From Kiritimatiellia bacterium (GTDB taxonomy: Bacteria > Verrucomicrobiota > Kiritimatiellia > RFP12 > UBA1067), in contig JBBRJN010000001.1 in assembly GCA_038219365.1 (NCBI GenBank), positions 1-25,662 on the forward strand: DNA of 25,662 nt, written 5' to 3'. The translations under genes were made by a program, and so were the position numbers. The notes under the pieces are model-generated. The model was given only the letters and a program-made list of their open reading frames with translations, had not been told where the DNA came from and searched no databases. How positions within the stretch are numbered: the stretch's first letter is position 1; each line of letters begins with the position of its first letter. Shown here one piece after another: positions 15,105-23,485 of this stretch.

Positions 15105-16664
15105 TTACTCGATCGTCACGGCGATCGCCTTCGTCACCTCCGGGTTGGCGCAGATGCGCGGCGGCTTGCCGCTGGCCGTCTTGAGCCCGCGGACGGTGAG
15201 CGTTTTTGTGAGTGCGTAGGGGTAAGGCCGTTCCTTCTTCGGCCCGCCGAGCGGATCGGTGAAAAAGGTCAGTCCGTCGTAGTCCGACGGGTGCTTGGAG
15301 TCATCCACGAACAGGCCGTCAATTCGGATCTCGCGCGGCATCGAGCAGGGGAAGCCGAAGTCGTGTGTCCCGTCATTGCTCATGTTGAACAGGGTCGGCC
15401 GCGCGGGTGCGCCTGCGTTGGGAATCCAGCGGCAGTCGCGGATCAGGACATCGCCGTCCCACGGCGAGCCGTAGTCCGAGCGGAACGTGATCAGACTGCC
15501 GCCGTGCAAGGTCGACTCTTCGACGACGAGCCTGCCGCGCCCGACGGCGTTGAGCCCGGCGTAGCCGAGCGTGCAGCGACGGATGATGTAGGAGCCGGAG
15601 ACGCCCTGATGTACGTCCATCCGCGAGAGCACGCAATCTTCAAGCAGGATGTTCTTCATGAAGTTGCTGCCGATCACGCCCCAGCGATTGCGGTCGTCGA
15701 TCTTCTCCATGCGGCAGCCAAGCATGTGGAAGTTCACCACAAGGGAGGCGGCGTACCCGTAGGAGCCCATTGACACCGGCTTGCCCGCTGTTCCGATGGT
15801 CTGGTAGGTTTTGCGCGGGTCAATCGAACAGTTGCGCAGTGTAATGTTGGCGCACTGCTGAATGTCGAGGAAGCCGCCGTACGGGTGTCCTACGTCGGTC
15901 TCGCCGGTGACGTGCTGGGTCAGTCCGTCAACCGTGGTGTTCGAACGGGTGATGCGGATGTTGCGGCTCCAGTAGTTGTAGCCCTTCTCCTGCCGCATGC
16001 GGTTGCCCACATGGGTGAAGACGCCGCCGTGCAGGAGCAGAGGCAGCGGGTCGATGGGCCGGGCCTCGGTTCGAGTGACGGTGTCATAGTCCCAGTCGAC
16101 GCCCCCCTCCAGCGAGCCGTCGCGGTGCACGATGAAGACCTCTTTTTGCGGTGTGCCGTCGTTCTGGTTGAGGCCGCGCCGGATAAAGATCTTGTGGCGT
16201 GCGTTCTCAACGAGGACCAGGCAATCATTGGTCAGCTGAATGTCGAGCCGCGTCTGGCCGCGCACCAACCGCTCGATTTTGATCGGCACCGGCTTCAGCA
16301 GGGAGACGACCTGGAAAAGCGGCATCCTGTGATTCTCGACGCCCTGGCTGTCGTCGATCAGAAACCGCGAGGTGCTCCAGTCGGTGTCGGTGGCGATGAC
16401 GGCTGTGAGTGCCCGGCGGCCGAGCTGATAGGTTGCCTTGGGATTCGTCCGCACCCGCAGCCCGATCTTGTTTGCGTATTCGTGAGCCTTGCAGATCGCC
16501 GGCAAGTCGTCGGCCACGCCGTCGCCCACGGCTCCGAACGCTTCGTAGGTGACGACACCATCGCCCACCGCCGCACGATTTCCCGCAGATTCGTTGTCCG
16601 CCGTCGCAACCGTGTATCCAGCGAAGAACACACCCAACATTCCCCATGTCCTAATTATTTTCAT
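15105..16664 (-). CDS. Pectin-lyase-fold (right-handed beta-helix) protein
   Basis: YEAFGAVGDGVADDLPAICKAH N-terminal motif, plus repeated N-I-T/L-x-N-C/D beta-coil patterns. Start at ATG 16664 gives a signal peptide. Confidence 0.7.
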   Translation of the reverse strand: MKIIRTWGMLGVFFAGYTVATADNESAGNRAAVGDGVVTYEAFGAVGDGVADDLPAICKAHEYANKIGLRVRTNPKATYQLGRRALTAVIATDTDWSTSRFLIDDSQGVENHRMPLFQVVSLLKPVPIKIERLVRGQTRLDIQLTNDCLVLVENARHKIFIRRGLNQNDGTPQKEVFIVHRDGSLEGGVDWDYDTVTRTEARPIDPLPLLLHGGVFTHVGNRMRQEKGYNYWSRNIRITRSNTTVDGLTQHVTGETDVGHPYGGFLDIQQCANITLRNCSIDPRKTYQTIGTAGKPVSMGSYGYAASLVVNFHMLGCRMEKIDDRNRWGVIGSNFMKNILLEDCVLSRMDVHQGVSGSYIIRRCTLGYAGLNAVGRGRLVVEESTLHGGSLITFRSDYGSPWDGDVLIRDCRWIPNAGAPARPTLFNMSNDGTHDFGFPCSMPREIRIDGLFVDDSKHPSDYDGLTFFTDPLGGPKKERPYPYALTKTLTVRGLKTASGKPPRICANPEVTKAIAVTIE

Positions 16665-16781
16665 AATGGTTAAAAGGGTGCAAGAACCGGCCCGGAATGT
16701 CAATCACGTAACCAAGGAGGAATTAGGTGTTAGTCCCTCAAACAAAGTGTTTTTTAGTGCTGCTCTTGGCCGGTAAGGCAC

Positions 16782-16787
16782 TATAAT
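16782..16787 (+). promoter_or_regulatory. Candidate -10 element for the nitroreductase gene
   Basis: Perfect TATAAT in an AT-richer divergent intergenic region. No convincing -35 found. Confidence 0.45.
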
Positions 16788-16814
16788 ACGTCGATGAATG
16801 TGAAAGGAGCAACC

Positions 16815-17417
16815 ATGAAGGTCACACAAGCCATTGAGGCGCGGCGGGCGGTCAAACACTACGACCCGAACCACGGGATGACGGATGCGGAGGTTGAGGG
16901 ATTGATGCGTCTGGCGCTGCTGGCGCCGACCGCGTTCAATATTCAGAACTGGCGCTTCGTGCTGGTTCGTGATCCCGAACTGCGGAAACAAATTCGCGCC
17001 GTGGCGTGGGATCAGGCACAGGTGACCGAGGCCTCGCTGCTGATTGTCCTGTGCGCGGATCTGAAGGTGTGGGAGAAGAATCCCGCCCGCTACTGGGTTA
17101 ACGCGCCGCAACCGGTGCGTGACTACATGGTCCCCGCGATCGATCAATACTACCGCGGCCGCGAGCAGGTGCAGCGGGACGAGGGCATGCGTTCCTGCGG
17201 CATTGCGGCGCAGACGCTCATGCTGGCCGCGCAGGAGATGGGGTACGACTCCTGCCCGATGGACGGTTTCGATTACGATGCGGTCGGCAAGCTGATCAAT
17301 CTGCCGCCGAACCACGCGGTGGCGATGTTCGTGGCAATCGGCAAAGCCACGCAGCCGGTGTGGCCGCCCCCCGGGCAGTTACCGATCAGCGAAGTCGTGA
17401 TCGAAAACCGGTTCTGA
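16815..17417 (+). CDS. Nitroreductase-family protein
   Basis: AIEARRAVKHY, APTAFNIQNWRFV, LMLAAQEMGYDSCPMDGFD. AAAGGAG precedes the ATG at 16815 (alternative ATG at 16794). Confidence 0.9.
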   Translation: MKVTQAIEARRAVKHYDPNHGMTDAEVEGLMRLALLAPTAFNIQNWRFVLVRDPELRKQIRAVAWDQAQVTEASLLIVLCADLKVWEKNPARYWVNAPQPVRDYMVPAIDQYYRGREQVQRDEGMRSCGIAAQTLMLAAQEMGYDSCPMDGFDYDAVGKLINLPPNHAVAMFVAIGKATQPVWPPPGQLPISEVVIENRF

Positions 17418-17437
17418 AGCGCAGGCTGTATGCGTAA

Positions 17438-20386
17438 GTGAAGGGACTTCATGGCTTGATTCTTGCGAAACAATTCTGGTGTCGCCTGTGGCCGGTTCTC
17501 TTCGGCGCGGCTGTGCTTGCGCGATGGGCGTTCGCTGAAATCTGTACCTTCGACGGCTCCGCGCCCGACTGGGCCCGCACGGTCGTCACGGAACCCGGGG
17601 TTCCGACAAACCGCGTGTTGCGTATCGCCGCGACCCAGCCTCACCACACGCGTGTGAACGTGCCGGGCTCTGTGCCCAACGCCTTCGTCGCGGAGGCCCG
17701 CGTCCGCCTGCAGGCGTCTACAGGTGCGCCGCCGCTCGCCTACGTGTACGGCCTCACGTCCGAAGGGTTTCTCGCCCTTACGCTCGGCTCAGGCCGCGCG
17801 CGGCTTTTCGTTTGGCGTGGTCATGGCAAGCCATCGGTCGCTCTTGGCGAGGCAGCGGCACCCACGGAAGCCGGTCGGTGGGTGCGGGTCAAGGTCGCCT
17901 TTGAAAACGGCGTCGCGGCCGCGAAGGTGTGGGCCGATGGCGAGCGCGAACCCCGCTGGACAATCACAGGGCAGGTGCCGGATTTGACGGTGAGCGGTTT
18001 TGCAGTGGGTGTCTGGCTGTCCCCGCGCGAGCCGTCAACCGCGACGATGCTTTTCGATGACCTCGCGCTGCGGTCGGTCGCAGCGACGGACCGTGTCTCT
18101 GCCTCCGATGCACCTGCCGCGCCCCTGACGCTGCCCTCGACAGTATCCGAAAGCGTCTTCGAGTCGGGTCCGCACATCGGCCTCGTCGCGGGCGACCTCG
18201 CCGTCGCCTTTGACCGCCGCACCGGTTCCCTCTGCCACCTGATGCACCGGCCGACCGGGCGTACGTTCGCGGATGCGGCACAGCGTCGGGCGCTGTTTCA
18301 GCTGCGCCTGACCCGCTGGCAGGCGGGCGCGTTCGAGGCGTTCACGTCCGACGATTTCGCCCGCGTCGAGTGGGCGACCCTCGACAGTCGCACACTGCGA
18401 GCGACTTTCCTCGACGGCCCCGAGCCCGGCCTCGTTGTGCGGGCGACTGTGTCTGCCGGTGCGGACGGGCTCGTGCATTTTCGCCTTGCTGTGGACAACC
18501 CGTCCGCCTGGGCGGTCGCGCGGATTCAGTACCCCTGTTTTGCCTCGCCTGCCGCGCTTGGCGGCGACGCGACAGACGACCGGTTGCTCTTTCCGCAAAG
18601 CCATACCGATGGCATCGTCATCCAGGCGCCTGGCAACCTCGACCACACCGTCAGCGGCTCCTATCCGGGCACCGCCGCTGTGCAGATGGAGGCGTTCTAC
18701 GACGACGCCGCCGGTTTGCTGGTCGCCACACACGACGCGGAAGGGCACTGCAAGACCTTCGAGGCGCAACTGGCGAAGGGGCGTTTTGTCGAGCTCAAGG
18801 TCAGCCATTTGCGACCCGAGACGCCGGGCTCCGCAGAGATCCCTTACGACACCGTTCTCGGCACGTTCACCGGCGACTGGCGTGCGGCTGCGGATCTCTA
18901 CAAGCGCTGGGCGCGGAAGCAGCCCTGGTGCGTGCGCAAACTGGCGCAGCGCGATGACGTGCCGGCGTTCCTCAAAGAAGGCGCCGCTGGCGTGATCCTC
19001 GGCCTCGGCGGCCCGGAGGGATACAACGGTTCGCTCGGCCCGGCGCTCGAACGGCTGCCCGCCCTTGCAGCCGACTACCGACAGCGTGCGAAGGTGCCGC
19101 ACCTGCTCGTGGTGCCCTACGGCTGGGAGAACCGCGGCACGTGGGCGGGAATCCAGTACTTCCCGGCGCGGCCTTCCGACGAGGCGTGGCGCACGGCCAA
19201 CGCGGCGCTTCGGGCGCAGGGCGACCGCATCGCCTTGCTGACCTCCGGCTATTGGTGGGTCGTGCGGCGCGCTCGGACCTCCAACGGCCCCGCGTTCGAC
19301 GACAACGCTGACTTTGAACGCCGCCAAGCGATGACCGTCCACCGTGCGGATGGTACGCCGTGGCTGCTGGACGCCTACGACAAGGCGGGCACCTTCGGCG
19401 ACTGGCGAGGGGTCTCCGCCGAACTCTGTCACGGCAGCGCCGAAGCGCGTGCAGCCATGCTCGATATTTTTCTCAAGGCCGCCGCGCTCGGCACACCGCT
19501 GATCAGCTTCGACCAAGAGATCGGGGGCGGTCAGATGGAGCCGTGCTATGCGACCGGGCATGGGCACCCGCCGGGCTATGGCGCGTGGATGTGGACGGGC
19601 TTCCGCGACCTGTGCGAGGACATCCGTGCGAAAGGACGTGCGAAGCAGCCGGAGATCGGCCTCTTGACCGAGAACTGTGGCGAGATGATCATTCCGGTGA
19701 TGGCCACCTATTGGAGCCGCCAGTTCGGCGTGATCGATTCCGGTTCATCCGGCGAAGGCGCGGTCGGCCTTTTCTCCTACCTCTACCACGACTACGTGAC
19801 AGCGCTCGGCGCGGCCGTCGTGCAAGGACAGGGACCTCAGGGTGCCCTTGGCTCGGCTGGGCTCCGCTGCCAGGCGCTCGCGCACAACCTTTCTCGCGGA
19901 CTGATTCCGTGTCCCTTCGGCAATGACGTGCCGCTGGAGACCGCTGATGCCCGGAAGGGTCAGATCGCCCGTGCCTTCTTCGCCTTTTGCGAGCCGTTCG
20001 GCTCTTTCCCCGAATATCTGATTCTGGGCGAGACCCTGCACCCGCCAAAAATCCTCTGCGGCACGCGCGAGGAGTGGTTCGACCTGCCGCCCTCCGCAAA
20101 GGGAAAGGCAGCGGTGAAAGCCGAACGGCGAGCCACGCGGCCGCTGCCGTGCGTGGTCGCCGGGCGCTTTGCCGCGCCGGACGGCACGATTGGAACAATC
20201 CTGGTCAACGCCACGCCGGACACGCAACGCGTGACCGTCGAGCCGGTCGAGCGTGGCCATCCGGCGCGCCTCTGCCGCGCCGACAAATCAATTGAAGCGA
20301 CTTTTCCCATCCTGCCTGAAAAGCTCGAAATCACGCTGGAGCCTTTTGGCTCGCGCCTGCTGATCGCTCACTCGCTTGCCCTGTGA
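17438..20386 (+). CDS. Large secreted protein: N-terminal ConA/LamG-like domain plus DUF6259-like putative glycoside hydrolase
   Basis: 982 aa with signal-like N-terminus. F.GDWRAAADLYKRWARKQPW, YGWE...W...QYFP, SFDQEIGG, LLTEN, LFSYLYHDY. The exact start is uncertain. Confidence 0.6.
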   Translation: MKGLHGLILAKQFWCRLWPVLFGAAVLARWAFAEICTFDGSAPDWARTVVTEPGVPTNRVLRIAATQPHHTRVNVPGSVPNAFVAEARVRLQASTGAPPLAYVYGLTSEGFLALTLGSGRARLFVWRGHGKPSVALGEAAAPTEAGRWVRVKVAFENGVAAAKVWADGEREPRWTITGQVPDLTVSGFAVGVWLSPREPSTATMLFDDLALRSVAATDRVSASDAPAAPLTLPSTVSESVFESGPHIGLVAGDLAVAFDRRTGSLCHLMHRPTGRTFADAAQRRALFQLRLTRWQAGAFEAFTSDDFARVEWATLDSRTLRATFLDGPEPGLVVRATVSAGADGLVHFRLAVDNPSAWAVARIQYPCFASPAALGGDATDDRLLFPQSHTDGIVIQAPGNLDHTVSGSYPGTAAVQMEAFYDDAAGLLVATHDAEGHCKTFEAQLAKGRFVELKVSHLRPETPGSAEIPYDTVLGTFTGDWRAAADLYKRWARKQPWCVRKLAQRDDVPAFLKEGAAGVILGLGGPEGYNGSLGPALERLPALAADYRQRAKVPHLLVVPYGWENRGTWAGIQYFPARPSDEAWRTANAALRAQGDRIALLTSGYWWVVRRARTSNGPAFDDNADFERRQAMTVHRADGTPWLLDAYDKAGTFGDWRGVSAELCHGSAEARAAMLDIFLKAAALGTPLISFDQEIGGGQMEPCYATGHGHPPGYGAWMWTGFRDLCEDIRAKGRAKQPEIGLLTENCGEMIIPVMATYWSRQFGVIDSGSSGEGAVGLFSYLYHDYVTALGAAVVQGQGPQGALGSAGLRCQALAHNLSRGLIPCPFGNDVPLETADARKGQIARAFFAFCEPFGSFPEYLILGETLHPPKILCGTREEWFDLPPSAKGKAAVKAERRATRPLPCVVAGRFAAPDGTIGTILVNATPDTQRVTVEPVERGHPARLCRADKSIEATFPILPEKLEITLEPFGSRLLIAHSLAL

Positions 20387-20395
20387 GCTTTTTGG

Positions 20396-20423
20396 TTGAC
20401 ACGTTGCGCCCCTGCGGCATAAT
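20396..20423 (+). promoter_or_regulatory. Sigma70-type promoter of the Gfo/Idh/MocA gene
   Basis: TTGACA (20396-20401), 16 nt, CATAAT (20418-20423). Confidence 0.6.
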
Positions 20424-20490
20424 AAATCCTGATTGTGGGCGTCGGCATGTCGCCTGACTAACCCAGAGGACGTTTATGGAGGATGAAAAA

Positions 20491-21822
20491 ATGAAACGAC
20501 GTGTATTTCTGAAATCGGCGATGGTCACGGGGGCGGGCTTGCTGATCTTTCCGAACGGGTTGCGCGGGCAGGCAGCGCCGAGCAACAAGCTGAACATCGC
20601 GCTGATCGGCACTTGGGGGCGCGGTCTGGCGCACTTCGATTCGATCGCGGATGAGAACGTCGTGGCGCTCTGCGACGTTTGGGACCGGAACCTCGTGGAT
20701 GCGGCCAAGCGTTTCCCGAATGCGAAAATTTGCAGCGACTGGCGGAAGTGCCTTGAGCAGAAAGACATTGATGCCGTCGTGATATGCACGACCGACTTCA
20801 CCCACGCGTTCGTCGCCAACTGGGCGCTGAACCGAGGCAAGCATGTCTATCTGGAGAAGCCGCTGGGAATTTCCGTCGAGGAGGCGCGCGTGGTGCGCGC
20901 CAACTGGCTGCCGAAGAAGAGTAAGCTCGCGACGCAGGTCGGCATGCAGCGGCACGCGCACGACAATTTCAGCCGCATCGCCGAGATGATCCGCGACGGC
21001 GCGATCGGCGAGCTGAAGAGCGCCTACGCCTGGGGCAACCGCAAAATTCCCAAGCCGGGTTATCTGCCCGCCGGTGGGACTCCGCCAGACGGCCTGCACT
21101 ATGATCTGTGGCTGGGGCCGGTGAAGGCCGACCACCCGTATAACCCGGAGTATTTCTCGGGCAAGGCAGGTGCGAACTGCCTTCAGTGGAACATGTATTG
21201 GGACTTCGGCACCGGACAGATTGGCGACATGGGAAGCCATACGATGGATCTCCTGTGGAATGCGGTGGACTGCGGCCTGCCGACCTCCGCCGAGGTGAAG
21301 GGCGAGCCGTTCAACCCCGATGTGACGCCGGTCAATGCCGAGATGCGCTTCGAGCATCCGGCCAACAACTGGCGCGGACCGATCAGCGTTTCGTGGTACC
21401 AGGGCGGCGCGATGCCGAACCCGCCCAGTTCCTACGTGGACATCACCAAGATCGGGCACGGCGCGATGTTCAAGGGCAGCGAAGGCATTCTGGTCGCCGA
21501 CTTCACGTCGCGCGTGCTGATCCCGCTCGGCAAGGACGGAAGCTTGTCCTACTACCATCCGCGCAAAAAGGAAGAGCAGCTTCCCTCGGTCGGGCATTTT
21601 CAGAAACAATGGATCAACGCCTGCAAGGACCCGTCGCTGAAGACCGCGTGCGACTTCGAGTATAGCGCGAACATGATCGAGCAGATGTGCCTCGGGCTCG
21701 TGGCGTATCGCGTCGGCAAGAAGCTCGATTATGACGGCAAGGACGGGCGCGTGACGAATAGCGCGGAGGCGAACGCGCTGCTCAAACGCGAGTACCGCGC
21801 CGGCTGGACGCTGAACGGCTAA
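20491..21822 (+). CDS. Tat-exported Gfo/Idh/MocA-family oxidoreductase
   Basis: KRRVFLK Tat motif. KLNIALIG, ALCDV, DAVVICTTDFTH, GKHVYLEKPL, TQVGMQRH, DLWLGP, GTGQIGDMGSH. GGAGG lies 8 nt before the ATG at 20491. Confidence 0.9.
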   Translation: MKRRVFLKSAMVTGAGLLIFPNGLRGQAAPSNKLNIALIGTWGRGLAHFDSIADENVVALCDVWDRNLVDAAKRFPNAKICSDWRKCLEQKDIDAVVICTTDFTHAFVANWALNRGKHVYLEKPLGISVEEARVVRANWLPKKSKLATQVGMQRHAHDNFSRIAEMIRDGAIGELKSAYAWGNRKIPKPGYLPAGGTPPDGLHYDLWLGPVKADHPYNPEYFSGKAGANCLQWNMYWDFGTGQIGDMGSHTMDLLWNAVDCGLPTSAEVKGEPFNPDVTPVNAEMRFEHPANNWRGPISVSWYQGGAMPNPPSSYVDITKIGHGAMFKGSEGILVADFTSRVLIPLGKDGSLSYYHPRKKEEQLPSVGHFQKQWINACKDPSLKTACDFEYSANMIEQMCLGLVAYRVGKKLDYDGKDGRVTNSAEANALLKREYRAGWTLNG

Positions 21823-21915
21823 CGTGCGGTGTTGGTTCAACACGAAGAAAAAAAGAGGTGCGCGAAGAAAAGGTGTCACGCGGAGGAGCGAAGACGCAAA
21901 GGGGAGAACGTTGCT

Positions 21916-22068
21916 GCTGCAAGGCCCTGCGGACGTTTCGGGGAAACGTCCCTACCGGACGCGTCCCTGCGGCGTCTTGGATACGTGCATTTCAATGATG
22001 GCGTCCGCGTTTACGACGTGTGTGGCCGCGTCCGGTAGGGACGGCTCCCCGAGCCGTCCGCCGGACCC
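21916..22068. repeat. Inverted REP doublet (REPIN-like) of the same family as the 2.9-3.4 kb array, between convergent genes
   Basis: Reverse REP 21930-21955 is identical to 2892-2917 and forward REP 22035-22060 is identical to 2965-2990. Shared flanks GCTGCAAGGCCCTG and CGTGTGTGGCCGCGTCCG. Confidence 0.9.
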
Positions 22069-22109
22069 GTACGCTCTTTCGAATATTTTGAGTTGGGGCT
22101 TTGCCCGCG

Positions 22110-23357
22110 TTAGTCGATGCGCGTAGCCTGTCCTTTTAAGACTCGATAGAGCTCCGTGTGTTTGCCGTGGATCGCGAGCGGCACGTCCATCGCGCCGCAC
22201 CGAGTGATCACGTTTGTCTGGGCCGTGTCGGCCTGCCACGGGTGTGTCGCGAGGACGAGCCACTCGGACTCGCTGACGCGTAACGTGCGGATCAAAGGGG
22301 CCTTGGCTTTCCACGCCGCGTGAATCGGCTCTTCGTTGGAGGGCGTGGCGCGGGCGATTTCCTCCGACAGGCTGGCCACGCGCGCGAGGCTGCGCATGAA
22401 AACGGGCAGGTTGCGGTAATATGGGCATAGGCCTTTCGGCTCCCAGCCCCACAGGACGGTTGCGCGGGCACCGCAGAAGTAGGGCAGCACGGCCATGGCC
22501 TCTGCCAGATAATCGGCGACCTCTTGGCCCTTCAGCTTAGCGTTGCTGTCGTGGTAGCGCAGCCAGAGGTAGGCGTAGACCGGCTTTTCTCCGTAGGCCC
22601 GCATGCGCTGGACGTTCTCTTCGATGTTGGCACCCATGTAGTACACGGAGCCGGGGTCGTTATAGAAGCAGTAGAGGCTCGCCACGCAGAAGTCCACAGC
22701 GGGTACGATGTGTTGCCACAGCTCGGCGTCGGTCTTGTGCGTGCCGTCGATCTGCTGGGAATCCTTGCCGGCCACGCCCCAGTAGTCGCGACGGAAGGGC
22801 TGGGGACCATAGATGCCGACCGGCGTGTCCGGATACTTTTCCTTTGCCCACTGGCAGGGCAAGGCGAACCACGACGCCCACTCGCGGTAATAGGCTTCAC
22901 GGAACGCGCGGGGCGAGGTGGCCTGCGAGGCGGCGCGCAGAACGGGGTTGGTCCACAGCGCGTCGGTGTCTTCCTCAAAATGGAATTCGACATCGTGCAC
23001 GAAGATGGCTTTCTGCGTTGTCGCGTCGATGTTGCGGCGCACGATCCGCTCGAAGAAGGGCGGTTTGTCCCACGGGTTTGCGCCGGGGGGCACGATCTTT
23101 TCCTTCTGGCGGCCCGGATAGTCCGAATAGGTGTTCAGCAGGGCAACGCTTTCCAGACCGTGGTCCGCCGCAGCCCGCTCATTCGTTTCGCGGTCGCGGC
23201 CGACGACGTTCCAGAAGACCTTCAGCCCTCCCTTCATGTGGACGGAAGGGAGGCCGCCCCACGTCGGTATGGCGTTCGTGTCAACGGCGTCAGCGGCCGG
23301 ACAAGGTGAACACAGAAACAACACAAAGGCCGCGGCAGCTAAGAACCACTTTTTCAT
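22110..23357 (-). CDS. Secreted TIM-barrel protein resembling GH56 hyaluronidases
   Basis: 415 aa with signal peptide. Ordered motifs VFWNV, VHDVE, AKEKYP..PVGIYG.QP, DFCVASLY, KPVYAYLWLRYHD, CGARATVLWG parallel the GH56 motif order. Confidence 0.6.
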   Translation of the reverse strand: MKKWFLAAAAFVLFLCSPCPAADAVDTNAIPTWGGLPSVHMKGGLKVFWNVVGRDRETNERAAADHGLESVALLNTYSDYPGRQKEKIVPPGANPWDKPPFFERIVRRNIDATTQKAIFVHDVEFHFEEDTDALWTNPVLRAASQATSPRAFREAYYREWASWFALPCQWAKEKYPDTPVGIYGPQPFRRDYWGVAGKDSQQIDGTHKTDAELWQHIVPAVDFCVASLYCFYNDPGSVYYMGANIEENVQRMRAYGEKPVYAYLWLRYHDSNAKLKGQEVADYLAEAMAVLPYFCGARATVLWGWEPKGLCPYYRNLPVFMRSLARVASLSEEIARATPSNEEPIHAAWKAKAPLIRTLRVSESEWLVLATHPWQADTAQTNVITRCGAMDVPLAIHGKHTELYRVLKGQATRID

Positions 23358-23393
23358 GCGCTAGATTGTAGGCCGAGAACGCCGCGAAATCAA
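23358..23393 (-). promoter_or_regulatory. Sigma70-type promoter with leaderless geometry for the GH56-like gene
   Basis: Minus strand reads TTGATT (23393-23388), 17 nt, TACAAT (23370-23365), 7 nt, ATG (23357). No Shine-Dalgarno. Confidence 0.65.
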
Positions 23394-23485
23394 GCCCGCT
23401 GGGCCAACGCCAAAATTTCAAAAAACACCTTCGCTGAGGCAGCTCATTTGTGGTTTAATAACCCAACGATAGGGGGTATCCGCAC

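Noticed and set aside
21828-21854. Intrinsic terminator after the Gfo/Idh/MocA gene
   Set aside because: The 6-bp stem is followed by an A-run on the plus strand, and the T-run precedes the stem on the minus strand, so the geometry is wrong for either direction.
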